Virus record (IMG/VR): IMGVR_UViG_3300050015_000289
Location: 1 to 59,231 of that record
Length of the DNA: 59,231 bases
Origin: a virus
Taxonomy: Duplodnaviria > Caudoviricetes
Direction: 5' to 3' (one strand)
How positions within the stretch are numbered: the first letter of the stretch is position 1; each line of letters begins with the position of its first letter. Shown here one piece after another: positions 7,323-20,300 of this stretch. Position numbers and translations under genes: made by a program. The notes beneath the pieces are model-generated. The model searched no databases. It had not been told where the DNA came from and worked only from the letters and a program-made list of their open reading frames with translations.

Positions 7323-10300
7323 AATGATTGACATTAGCCAATATCCTATCGGTATTATAGTTCCATTTATTATAGGCATTGAGAACTGGAAATTGTCTAG
7401 TGAAATTTTCCATTAACTTACTTTCGTCGTAATAGGCATTATCTCCCTTGACATATTGTTGAAAGGCATACATCAGTTTCCCAAAGTCGGTAAAGACACT
7501 AGCCGCTGGAATAGGATTCGTGATAAACTGATTAAAGGTTCCTGGAGAGAAGTAGAAAGACATATCACCCATAAGTTTATATGTAGAGTTCATGGCAAGA
7601 TAGATCTTCGTTTTGTCCTCATTATCATTGACCACAGCAGCAGAAAGTCCCATATATGCGGCAGTTAATCCAAGCATATAATGCATCTCTTTCATGGTTT
7701 TACGGATATTACCGACTAACATCTGTTTATCGACATCCCGCATCTTGATATTTTTAAATGCTCCTTCACCCTGAAATGCTAATAATTTAACCAATGCACC
7801 GGTACTTTTGGCAAACCCATTATCCTTAAACATATTAAAGACGGTTCTATATCTACCCTCTACGTTTCTTCCAAGAGGTTCACTGTATCTGCGTTCTCCA
7901 AAACGATCATCAATACCTTCTACGGCCCAAGAAGCTTTATACATGGATAGCATTCTACCTAGAATATGCCTTTTGGCCTCTGGCATTGTCTCCCTGTCCA
8001 TATTCCCATGTAACTTAGCATTTATCTCTGCTACCTTAATAGCAAATTTAAAATGCTCTTTATTGGCCTCAGGATCATCATAGTGACCATTCCACTCCTT
8101 AGAGTCTGCAAATTCTGCAGTGTTCCAGGTGCCATCAGCATTTCTGGCATCCCATAGACTACGTTCATTGCCTTTTAGATCTTTTATTTTTGTGGATTTT
8201 AGCATAGCATTCATAGTACCGGTACGATTTAAATATTCACTAGTATTCATAAGACCCATAGGACCTAAAATGCTCAAATCGTAACTCTCGGCCTTATATA
8301 TTGCCTCCATTGTTTCTCTATGAACGCCAAGTATCTGTGCCCAGTTCCATGTCTTATTGTTCTCTAAAGAATCTGCGCGTATTGATCTGAAGGCATCCTT
8401 ATGTGCTTGCATTATCGCCCACCTAGCATCTGATGGATTATAGTCTTGTCTTGCAGATCCATGATTTAAAATACTTATAACTCCATATGCCTCGTTTCCA
8501 AATGCTGGGAAGAATTGAAACATGAATGTTTTCTTATATCCTAATCTCATTGTTTGATCTAGCATCTTAGATATAGTAAAATTACGGCCCAAAGTAGCCT
8601 GTGCTTCTTTGTATATATTCATTCTCTTCTCGTACTCTACCTCTCCAATAGTTTTATTATCGCGAAGATCCTCCAAGTCTGACATTCTCTCATCTATATC
8701 CCTAGATGCTGTTTTCTCATTTACAGTTACAACATGATCTTTGTATTTCTCAGACATCTTTTTAGTTGCTTCTTCAACACCGATAGATTTCACCAGATTA
8801 TTATACTCTGATATAATTGGTATATCATTAACTTCTCCCAAGACCTTAAAACTTTGTTTTTTATTATCAAATGATTTGGCGCCTGTAACAAATTCAGTGT
8901 TAAATCTATCTCCATAAATATTATTATCTATAATATGCTGAAGCATTTTCTTGGCATGCGGTAACCCTCCTATAGAACCATCAGGTTTTTTCATCTCACG
9001 AAGAAAGGAGTTCATAAGTGTTACAAGTGGCTCAACAGTAGATATATGCTTATAGGCAATAGAAGTCTCTGCAAATTTATATGCCATTTCTTTTAGGTTC
9101 CTACTTCTATCCATAATATCTAATCCACCTATATGCTGAACGGGAATATTCCTCTTTACATTACCATATTGATCCAGTTTCTGATAGTATCCCTGTTCAT
9201 GTGTGCTGGTAGTGAGAGAGTCCATAAACTCTTTCTTAGCACCTGCAAGTATGCCTCTGCCGTTTTTTCTCATTAAGATATTAAATTCGGTATCTTTCAC
9301 AGATGCTAGGAAGGTAGGAGACAAACCACGTTTTGCATATGAAGGTAGATAAGATAACAATCTCTGCATTAAGTTAAAGTGGTCATTATAAAACTGAAAA
9401 GCTTTTGGATTACTTAAAATCTTGTCTTTAAAATCTTGGTTATAATAATTGGTTGGAGATCCATCTGTAAATTTATCTTTAGGAACGTGTGTAGTATATC
9501 TCTCTATATCACTCCATTCTGGGAGTCTAAGATCTTTGCCTACGTCTTTTTGTGATATGTATTTTGATAATTCCACTGGGGAATTATTTCTCTCCCAGTT
9601 GTCTATTCTACTTTTTAATTCTTTCTCACTTTTAATATCTCCATCAGCAAACTGATCTTTATAGAATTGCTTCTTTCTTTCGAAATCCCTCTTATATTGA
9701 TCATATTTCATCTGAGCATCAATGATTCTATCTTTTGCATATTCTCGATCTCCAGAGGCAGATGCCAATTTATCTTCGATACGCTTTCTTCCAGATTCAG
9801 TTAATAGTTCTTCTGGGTTAATGGTTATCATCCTAGAACGTACATAGTCGTTACGCTTATTTAAGGCCAGTTTCTGATCTCTTAGTTTATTTTCTGGTTT
9901 CTTGATTCGCATAGCATTGTCCATCTCCGTCTCAAAATCAACCTTTGATTTCTCCCAATCGTCGTAAAACTCTGGAGTATTTCTGCCTATAGCCTTTCCC
10001 GTCCATTCTCCATCTTTGTCGTAAGCCATAAACATCTCAGGTTTCAATTTATTCTTAGCAAGTTCATCGAACATATTCTTAATCATCCTACGAACTTCTA
10101 TAGTCTCTCCTTGAGTTTTTAAATTTGCCCTTTTAATGACCCCATCAGCAACACTAAGAATTTTTATTGGAGTATCAGAACCTTTCTGCAATGCCATCTT
10201 AAGATAGGATATATCTTGAGCTCTTCTGAAATCCTTACCGTCTAATATAATGGATAACTTTTCATTGGACTCCTTCGTCATCAGGTCTATAGCCTTAGCT

Positions 10301-11373
10301 TCAAGTTTGTTAAACATCTCATCAGTAGCTCCAGTACTTATTTCCTTCAATCCTCGGATTACATCTGGATGTATGATATCGCCTTGTTCCATAACCATCT
10401 CTGGAGCATTTTTCCACATTTTCATTGCTTGATAAGCTATGTTAATGTCATCCCAGGAAGGGTCTTTGGCATTAGCTATTTTCATCGCAAAATCTTTATG
10501 GAAATCGAATAATTTTCTAAGACCAGGAATTGTCAGATTATTGGGATTGCTTCCCATATCCAATATCTGAGTCTTAAATTCTTTCATAGAGGCAGTCTGA
10601 GATCTCATCTTATCCTCTATGGCATCACGTCTTTTTATTCTCGACAAAATATCTTCGCTGGAATCAGAAACTCCTTTCTTCTTTAGATCGCCAATCTCCC
10701 TGTTAAGAATTGATTTGTTTGTGTTTAACCTTGTTAGTGACTTTTGTATATCTTCAATCTTAGCCGTTGCCTGTGATAACACTTGCATAATTCCGCTATC
10801 CTGACCAAAGTTTGTTCCTCTGATCTTATATCTGGTATGCAACTGTTCTGGATCCATAAAACTGGATAATGCATCCTCCTCTACATCTGTGAATACGTGA
10901 TAATCATTTAATGTAGGATCATCAAAATTTTCCTTTTTTGTATCAAATTCTCTTGGATTTATATCTTCAGCATTAAGAAAGTACATAGCATCCCTAGTTG
11001 GATCTTCGTCACCGATAGATTCCAATGATGGAGCATTTAATCTATTATCTTCTGGCTTTAATGAATCTCCATAATCAATATTCATCTTAACCTCATATTT
11101 TGCACTATCAGAAAGCTTCTTGCTTCCATATGGAATATCTTCACCACCTTTTCTTATAAGTAGAGAATGATTAGTGCCATTGATAGCATTATATGACCCA
11201 AGAGATTTATGTAACTCCGAGATATCCTTTACCTTAATAGGTTCCTTCGGCTCAAACTGTTTTATCAACTGAGCATGTTCCACCAGAAACCTCTGAGTAC
11301 CCTTTTCTGCCCCTAATTTATCAATATAATCTCGAAGTTTCTCGTCTTGTACGTTTTCTATTCTACACGCCAT
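7321..11373 (-). CDS. Large virion cargo/ejection protein downstream of the virion RNAP
   Basis: 1350 aa, largely helical/coiled-coil with hydrophobic helices near the C-terminus (MHYMLGLTAAYMGLSAAVV); position matches the giant RNAP-block proteins of crAss-like phages. Confidence 0.7.
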   Translation of the reverse strand: MACRIENVQDEKLRDYIDKLGAEKGTQRFLVEHAQLIKQFEPKEPIKVKDISELHKSLGSYNAINGTNHSLLIRKGGEDIPYGSKKLSDSAKYEVKMNIDYGDSLKPEDNRLNAPSLESIGDEDPTRDAMYFLNAEDINPREFDTKKENFDDPTLNDYHVFTDVEEDALSSFMDPEQLHTRYKIRGTNFGQDSGIMQVLSQATAKIEDIQKSLTRLNTNKSILNREIGDLKKKGVSDSSEDILSRIKRRDAIEDKMRSQTASMKEFKTQILDMGSNPNNLTIPGLRKLFDFHKDFAMKIANAKDPSWDDINIAYQAMKMWKNAPEMVMEQGDIIHPDVIRGLKEISTGATDEMFNKLEAKAIDLMTKESNEKLSIILDGKDFRRAQDISYLKMALQKGSDTPIKILSVADGVIKRANLKTQGETIEVRRMIKNMFDELAKNKLKPEMFMAYDKDGEWTGKAIGRNTPEFYDDWEKSKVDFETEMDNAMRIKKPENKLRDQKLALNKRNDYVRSRMITINPEELLTESGRKRIEDKLASASGDREYAKDRIIDAQMKYDQYKRDFERKKQFYKDQFADGDIKSEKELKSRIDNWERNNSPVELSKYISQKDVGKDLRLPEWSDIERYTTHVPKDKFTDGSPTNYYNQDFKDKILSNPKAFQFYNDHFNLMQRLLSYLPSYAKRGLSPTFLASVKDTEFNILMRKNGRGILAGAKKEFMDSLTTSTHEQGYYQKLDQYGNVKRNIPVQHIGGLDIMDRSRNLKEMAYKFAETSIAYKHISTVEPLVTLMNSFLREMKKPDGSIGGLPHAKKMLQHIIDNNIYGDRFNTEFVTGAKSFDNKKQSFKVLGEVNDIPIISEYNNLVKSIGVEEATKKMSEKYKDHVVTVNEKTASRDIDERMSDLEDLRDNKTIGEVEYEKRMNIYKEAQATLGRNFTISKMLDQTMRLGYKKTFMFQFFPAFGNEAYGVISILNHGSARQDYNPSDARWAIMQAHKDAFRSIRADSLENNKTWNWAQILGVHRETMEAIYKAESYDLSILGPMGLMNTSEYLNRTGTMNAMLKSTKIKDLKGNERSLWDARNADGTWNTAEFADSKEWNGHYDDPEANKEHFKFAIKVAEINAKLHGNMDRETMPEAKRHILGRMLSMYKASWAVEGIDDRFGERRYSEPLGRNVEGRYRTVFNMFKDNGFAKSTGALVKLLAFQGEGAFKNIKMRDVDKQMLVGNIRKTMKEMHYMLGLTAAYMGLSAAVVNDNEDKTKIYLAMNSTYKLMGDMSFYFSPGTFNQFITNPIPAASVFTDFGKLMYAFQQYVKGDNAYYDESKLMENFTRQFPVLNAYNKWNYNTDRILANVNH

Positions 11374-11392
11374 AATATTGATTTTAAATTAG

Positions 11393-14300
11393 TTAACACT
11401 TCGTTTTGAATAGTCCTTTTGCTATTGCATCACGAAATGCAAAGGTAGCATCTTTTTCGGTTCCCCGCAATAGATCAGTAACAGTACCTGGAAGATCAAT
11501 GGAAGTCTTACTATTAGCAAGTATATCTGCAGTTCTTATTGCCCTTGGAAGATCTGAGGTTATGATATTTGAGATGTTGGAAATATTCTTACCCATATCT
11601 CGTGCCTGCTTTAATCCCGAAGGTGTCAATGGCGTATCATCAGATCTGAAATTACCATTTACATTATCTTCTGTCTCTCCGTGTCTGGCAATACGTATCT
11701 CCCCATTATCACCTTTTATAACAAAGGAATCACTGGGGTGACTATCTTGCTTCACATATTCTTCCCTGAATTCTTTAGACAGTTCATCGGGCCTATGCAT
11801 TTCGTCCCAAAGATGTATTAGCCCAAATACGGTGTTATGTGTTACTATAACTGTGCTATCTGGAGCAGTTTTTATTGTTCTTCCTATACCTTCTAACACC
11901 CTATTACTGAAGTCGTTAAATGATTCTCCGCCGTGAATATTTTCCTCTGGGTGGTTAATTATAATATTATCCACCTCTTTAACTTTAGACTTGGATTGTT
12001 CGGTACCAGCAAGATCATTAAGATTCAGAGTTTTAAAACTATTGTCAACCTCTATATGCGGACGATTAGATTCTATGTTTGGAGAGAATAAATTGTTTCT
12101 ATCTTCTCCATTCACTATATCTCTTAATGCATCTGCGTGAGAATAATATTCCCCCTTATCTTTCATGTATAATAATTTCTGGTTGTCCAGTTTACCCTGA
12201 GATATCTGTGATTGAATCCATGATAATTGATCGTCCTGGTCCCGTAATTTGTCATACTCTTTCACCGATAATCTATTTTCTCCGCCCTCAAATCCAAAGA
12301 AACCCGATCCGTGATGTAACCAATCTTTATACGCTTGAACTGCATCAGGAATATTTTCCATCTGTATGAGAGATGTTAATTGCGGATTTGCTGTAAATGG
12401 ATTTCCAAAATGTTCATCAGTTCCCTGTTTTCTCATAACATTAACTCCAGCTTCGGAATAAACTGGCATATCTTTTATTTGGCCCCAAGATAATGATTTA
12501 TCTACCACGGCAGGTCCAAATGGCATATTTTTAAGACGTTCAGACTCTTCATTATTAGAATTCACAACTGGCTTTCCCTTCATCTTGTCCACCAATATCA
12601 TCGAATTAATGAATCGCGCCTCCAGAACGTTCTTAGGGATCAATTCCTGGCTGTTTTTATCTCCAGCGAATAGATTATGCATCTTTGAGAAAAAGCCTGC
12701 AAAATGATCTAAAAAGGCCCTTAAAATGGATTTGTTGTTTTCTGTGCTTAATTTACCCGCAGTTTCTGGGGATATATTAACGGTTTCCATCAATGACTGC
12801 AATTTTGGCCTAGAATTAAGATCTGCCATAAATTCCTCTGGATTAGAGAAGCTATAGAGACTTAATTTCAGGTCATTCCTTTTATCCATATCTTTGGGAT
12901 ATATCTCTCTGGCCACCGCTTCTGCCCCCTTATTTTTGACACTATCAAACAATTTCTGGTCATAGATAATGGTTTTCGAAGGATCATTGTCTAAAGTAAA
13001 AGTTCCACCATCAGTAACACTTACCACTGGACGATCTTTCAATCCTTCCTTAGCGTCAGCAAATATAGAATTTACATTATCATAGACTTCCTTGAATTTA
13101 GGATCACCATTTTTACCAGCTTTGTATGCCTCGTGTTCAATGGAATGTGAAATTTCATGAGCCAGCGTTTCATGAGCGTGATCGAGACCATATTTATTAA
13201 TAAGATCTGACATCTCTTTCTTATAGATTATGATCTTGTTTTTCTTGAAGTCATATTCTGCAGAAGAAGAGCCATCGGGAGAAGCATCTTTATAGGTTAT
13301 CCCCGTCTTAGATGTAGATTCTGGCAACTGATCTACTATATTCCCCAGCCAGTTGAGAATTGGGCTCTTAGATTCTCTTAGGAAATTATTGATCCCTGAT
13401 ACGGTACTGTTATCTGGGATGGTTTTCATCATCCGATCAGAAGCCTTAGGTGTAGCAGGTATCTCTGGAACGATAGGATCTACGGAGCCAATAGTAGGCT
13501 TGATATCCTCCATGTATGGTTTAGAATAGTCGGAAAACATTGGCTTCCCAATGGTGCTAACAGATTCTGCACCTCTTAATGGTATCTGATTGTAGCGTAT
13601 TGAACCATCATCAAATCTTTCATTATCTAATTTGAAAAGTGTGGTAATACCGTTTTTAACCATCCTGACATAATCCTTATATTTTATATCGTCTCCATCG
13701 GCAGTTTTAGTTACCAACTTAGATACTATATCATCGCCAGCATAATATTTAGATTTTGGATCTACGATTATCTTTGCATATATCTCCTTGGTTTCCTTAT
13801 CTTTACTTAATCTGGATTCAAGACCCTTTATAAATGTTGCCTCATCAGGGTTATTCTGGAAATATTTTTCTCTAAACTCTGGATGGTCATAAGTTATTCT
13901 TGCCTCATTCATGACATTTTTAATCTGCCTATTGATACCCAATGCTTCAATAATATTGGAATCAATATATTTAAGGGCACTAGTCCTTCCCTGTATGCCT
14001 CCAGTCATATATTCATAGCGAATCCTGTTCTCAGCGTAATCCCTATATCTTGGGTTTTCGCTAGTAGCTAATTCCAGAAATCCACGTATAATACTTGCAG
14101 AAGAACTGCCATCTTGAACCCTTGAATCCATCTGTAGATATTTAAGGCTAGTATCGGTCTGATCTGTCTGGATGAAAAGGTTATTACGCAGATTAGGATC
14201 TTTCTTTAGATCAATAAGCTCATTAGCTAGTGAGTGATTTTCCACCAGATTTTTATATGGATTTTCCCCCAAGAATGGTAACTTGGAGTAAATGAATGAC

Positions 14301-17300
14301 TTATATCCATTGGAAATATTCTTTCTTCCTTTGGCAATAGCCTTATTCATGTCGCCATTGGTGAGACCCTTAGTGGATTCTATGGATGCAATAGCATCAT
14401 TTAAGAAACTACTGTCGTAACCCATAAGTTTACCAAGTGCATTGTGTTTCTCTATGGCAATCCTTATGTTATTTCCAGATGCTGTCATCTTATCGATAGG
14501 ATCTATCTTTGTCCAATATTGATTCTTGTCGTTCTTATATACCCTCATACTTCCATCACGAGACCATAGTTTACCAGCATTTTGTAGCTGAGGAGAGTTA
14601 ACAGCCTTAGCCACTCTACTTAATAGATTTTGATTCTCGTAGTAGTTGATACCGAGACCCTTAGGATCTATATTTGTGGCGTCTGTAGCATTGGAATATA
14701 ACCATGCCTTATCGTTGAGATCTGCGAATGTCTTAACTAGATCTATCTGTTTTCCAAGATATTCTTTTGACCCTCTATCTGCAAATGGAGTCTGTTCTAA
14801 TTCTAAAAGATCAGATGGTGAGTATGACTCTCGTGCTATGGAATCTACGTATTTATTTAGTTCATCCATATCACCATGGAAGTGAGTCTTTAGCTTATCA
14901 ATAGTTGCCTGCATGGCCTCACGTACATCACTATTGGCAGATTCATCGAAAGTTGCCAAGGTGTCTTTTGATTTTGTGATTAATTCGGACAACATCTTAA
15001 TGCCAGGCTGTCTTAAAAACCTAGTATTAGTATCTAATGCTACTCCGTTGCCATGTCCATCTGAAAGAGATGATAACATTGCGGACACATTGAAAGTATT
15101 TGAATTTAAATTATTAGGTGCAGCGACTGGCTTGTTGGCATTATCAACCATCCCTGACAACTGAATACTAAGATTTTCTATACCAGTTCTATTGTTTTTT
15201 TCACCATTAGGATCTACATATACACTTTTTGCAAGTGGATTAATTTTATACAGATCTAATTGATTCCCTTCACTATCTTTAAATTTAGATATGGTATCTG
15301 GAAGATATTTATCGCTATCATTGTCATATTTTACCATCTTAATATCCTTTCCCTCCATATTGGCGAGAGCTGGTAATGCCTTCGCAAATATTGCCCTACC
15401 AGAACGAGAGGCCGCCTGATCCATATAATCCTGTGCCTGACGAATATAATCGCCATATTCTCTCTTAGGTCTCTTGGATGTAACCTCATTGGCTAAGTCG
15501 GTAAGATCTGGTCTCTCAAGAGGGGTTAATGATTTCTCTATAACTTCTGGGTCAGAAAGTACGCTATCAAACATCTCAAAATAAGAATCTTGCAATGCCT
15601 TCTTGGTGAGAGTTTTCATACTAGGGAATTGAGTATCTTCCTTCGTAATTCCAAGATCCTCTAGTGCAAACTGAGTATTTTCAGAATCAGATATCTCTGT
15701 GTCAAGGAAATCCTCTGCTTCACTCCTTTTTACTGTAGCCTCTTCACCGACTTTTTCTGGTGCAATCTTTTGTGCTACTGCCTTACTTAGATCTTCTAAC
15801 CTCTGATATTCATCAAGTTTATCTTGTAGCGCCTTTTTATTTTCTATTTTATCTCCAAATACACCATATCTCCATTCAGCAAGGGCAATCTTCTTAACAT
15901 CGAGATTGTTATCCTTATCAAATCCTATTATATTAGAAGGTATACTGGTAAGTTTCCCATCTTTCGTAAGGAAAGAATTTCTCCAGTACATATATAACTT
16001 GTCAATATCGAAGTCAGATCCCATCTGGGTAGTGATCTCTGGAGGAACAATACAAGAGTCTCCATACCAAGCAGGTAGAAATCCTACAATCTTCGCCATG
16101 GTCATAGAGGAATGCAACTGGTTTGGGATTCTAAATCCAGCAATTCTCAATAATTCCTCAGGTACCTTATTTATATTTAATAGCTTAGTGTCTGGATCAT
16201 AAAATTCCTTTGCACTAAGAATATTCCCCATCTGATCCCAGAACTTAAACGGAACCATAATCTGCATTATCTTTCCACCCTTAGACTCTGACATTTGCAA
16301 TCCCTTATCAGGATCATATTCTTTAGTTTTAATTATGCCATTAATGTCATTTATCCTATCTCCAGTAAGACCTTCTACTCCTTTACCAAGACTCGGCAAT
16401 TGTACTCCAGAACCCCCTGGTTGATCCTGTTTAATAGCTCTATCTGAATACTTAGTATATATGGCAGTCTCCAACTTGGGAGCCATAGATGACATCATAA
16501 GTGGAACATCTCCTTTTATGGCATTCTTAAGACCTAAAACTGCATTTGGAGACCATTTTCTAATAGAGGCATTCTTTTCAATGTCATCTAATATCTTGTT
16601 CTTATCAAATTTCTCACCACCAATAACATCTGGATAATCATTGGAAAATCCCATGTCCTTATCTACGCCTTCCTCTTCAAAATTGGAAAGCTGAGTTCTT
16701 ATGGAGTTTTTCCTATCATCCAATATAGCACCAGAAACTTGTTCACCTTTATAGTTAAATGTCTTATCGGTAAATCCAGAGAAAAGAGTCTTATCAGCCT
16801 GAGTAACTAAAGGGCTTTTCTGTTTTTCTGCGTCATATGGTTGATCTTGCTGATATCCAAATCCAGCCCAATCCATCTCAGATCCATTATTTTTGAATAG
16901 TTTTCCCAGCTCCGTCTTAGGGAGTATGTTCCCACTCTTATCGTATATGCTAATAAGATTTTCTGCTCCATATTTTGCGGCGCTAAGATGTATAACCCTA
17001 TCAATATTATTATCTTCCATAGACTGTCTCATCGCATCAAGCTGACCGTTTAAGGTGCTAGTCATCTGTTTAAGAAGAGGCATCTCTGCAGATTTTACGT
17101 AGATATTTTTACTGAACAGCTTTCCATTAACATTGACAAATTTCTGAGGAACCTGTACTGGTTTCCCTGCTCCCAGGATTAGTGTTTTAATGTCATCGCT
17201 AGATAATGGTCCTTTGTTGTATTTAGATTTAAGATCTAAATATTGTTTTTCATCTATTGCTCCATCTCTGAGTAAAGCATCAAGTTTATGTGGAAAGGAA

Positions 17301-20300
17301 ATAAACTCAAGAGCATCAGATCCCTTACTAGTTACCTGATCTGCCGTTAAATGTAGGGATTTGCTAATTGATTCCAAGTACTTCTTCCCATCAGTATTCA
17401 TATCACTGGTAAATATAACCCTATATTTAGACGGCAATTTAGTACCATCGCTAAGAGTTACGTCGGTGACGGCACTCCTAGAAGGAGCTATATCAGATGC
17501 TAAACGTTTCTGATATTCAGCCATTGCCTTGTCGATGCCCAGTTCTATGTGTAGGTTATTCTCAGTGCCATATTTATCCTTAGCACCGCCAATGAACGTT
17601 TTAACAGATTTATTCATAATGGCGGGATCTCCAGAGATGAGCATCATGGAGTTATGAATCCCTATCTGAGAATTTAGATTCATATCTAATGCCAGATGAA
17701 GCAGTGCCTTATCTTTATCCTTATAAGTCATAAATGGCTGTCTGGTCTCTGGGTCTATCTCATATTTACCTAACCCATTAAGCTTGGCATATTCAGAATT
17801 CACAGGCATCTTAGTAATCTTACCCTTGGAGTCCCTGAATATTAAGTCATTATCTCCCCAAAATTGTATGTCATCCTTGGCTTTACCTATAAACCAATCC
17901 GCTATCTTACCCTTTAAGAATTTTTCATTCCTGGGATCTGAAAGAGTTAAAAAGTCAGATGTTTTAACCTTGGTCTTCCTACCGTCTACGTCCACTTCGA
18001 TCATATGATCTGGTACCATATTGTGATCATTATCGAATTTGAACATACGATTCAGAAATTTGTATCCATAGAAGAACTGACCGTTATTGTCATAATGTGT
18101 GGAAAATTCATTTCTAAGTTGATTTCTCTCTTCCGTTGTCAAGAGCATAGTAGAAAGTATCCTTTCTGTCTCACCCCTAACTATACCAAAAGCATCATCT
18201 AATATATCACTCTTAATAAGATTTTCTCTATTTACTATTGGCTTACCATCAACGCCAGATATAACAACGCCAGGCTCCAATCCATTCCTTGGTTGATTAA
18301 ATACGGTGGTAATTGGTTTATCTGACTTAGTGGTATCCCACGTAAACATATTATTCTTCCCGTTATTTTGGAAGTCTGTTATCTGGCTCAATAAGCTCTC
18401 AGACAGTGACATAGCTTTCCTAGTGGTAGATTTTGGTGATCCTAATTTAGTCATACCATCCTTATACCCAATCTTAAACATATCCTTAAATGGGGTATTA
18501 TTGCTAGTTCCTAAATTCTTATCCTTAAGCCAAGACGCGTGTTTTGTATAGATAGTACTCTCACCTCTCAGGGCATTAACAAACCCTTGATCTGACAATA
18601 ATCTTCCAGCCTTGATAGTTTGCGCTGTTGGTATTCCGAAATTATAGTGTGTATTGCCATCTACGCCTATACTACTGTTTGCAATATATTTCTTAGATGA
18701 CTTAGCTTCTATCTTAGATAAAAATGACAATGCCGATTGATTCAGTTTGTCAAAAACAGTATCTATGGTGTCATCTTTCTCTATATGTTTGAAGGCGTTC
18801 TCCATAGCAGAGAATATACCCAATGGTTTTGTTCCATCCATCCTAAACTGTGCAGCCAAAGACTTTCCGCCATTGAACGAATAACCCTGTCTTTTGTTGT
18901 AAGACTTGGGGTCATTGAGAAATGAATATGACTGATCGGCAAGTTTAATGCCAAGGGTATCAAGGGCATCTTTTATATATTCGCCCAACTTAGCGTTTAG
19001 CTTGTCAGGATTCATTTTTGCGTTTGCCTTTGCAAATTCTCTGGCACCCTGTAGTATGCTCCCAGCGTCTTCAAATAACTTACCCTGATATTCTTTATTC
19101 CTATATAAAGTATTGGCTATCTTAGACTTCCATTCGTTAAGCACCACCCTATCCGCTCTCTTAGTCTCTGAGTCAAAAGTTATTAGTTTTCCGAATCTAC
19201 TGTCCCATCCATTTGTTACAAACATATTACGATTTTTATTCATCGTAGATGCGAACTGAATCTGGGTCTGTAGATCAGCATTGGATATTTTATCGTGAAG
19301 TTGTCTAAATATATTGCCGCCAAAGCCACCACGTTCCATGGAAGAAGCTTCATCGTCTAAAGATTGAATGAGACCTTTTGCTGTTCTATCTGACGACTGA
19401 CTGGCTATATTTAATACCTGCTCATAAGCCTTTTCTGGGTCTACCATCTGGGCTAATCCTATTGCATCTCCACTAGGATCTCTAAGAGACCACATAAGCA
19501 TCTTAATGGTCTTACTCGACGTATCCATTGGATCAAGTGAAAATACAGCATTATTATTCCAATCTTCCCCCTCCATCTTGCCACTTTCCAATTCTATTCT
19601 ATCAGTAGAATCTGAATATTCATCCTCTGGAGCCTTGATAAATTGCTCTGAATTGTTGATGTCCCTTAGACCATTTTTGTCGATAGAGATTCCCATCTCT
19701 TGCATTCTATTGATGGTGTTCTTGGCAATCTTATTCCAAGCATCCTTATCCAGTATTCTATCTAAACTATCAATTCGTGATTCTGCAAGATCCCTAAATG
19801 ACTGAGATGCTGATTCGTTATTATAATCGTCAATTAATGTGTTGTAATAGCCAGATAATGAGTTATATGCATCCCGTAATGTTTGATTTACGTTAATAGA
19901 TCCATCATTTTTCATCATCTTGTCTGAGAAGTTGGTGAGAATAGAACCTGCCCCAGCATCCTCTTCTGATGTTGAAAGCATCTTATTGTCAGACGTTCTG
20001 ATTATATAATCGCTGTCAGAATTTCTAATTTTCTGAGCAGTTTCTATTGAAATAGAAGGAAGTTTGTCTCCTATATCCGAGCGTTGCAATTCTGCTCCAC
20101 CACCAGGCACCTCTCTTTTTGTAAATACTCTTTTTGCTGGTATAGCCGATTCGACCTTTGGGGCCTCAACCCTAGACGATATTTCTTTAGACTCTGCAAC
20201 ATTGGAGGCATATTTTGGAGGTTCAGTAGGTTTTACTTCCTCCACCTTAGGGGCAATAATTGCTTTTGAACCTTTAGATATGTCAGTGTCTATGGAAATG

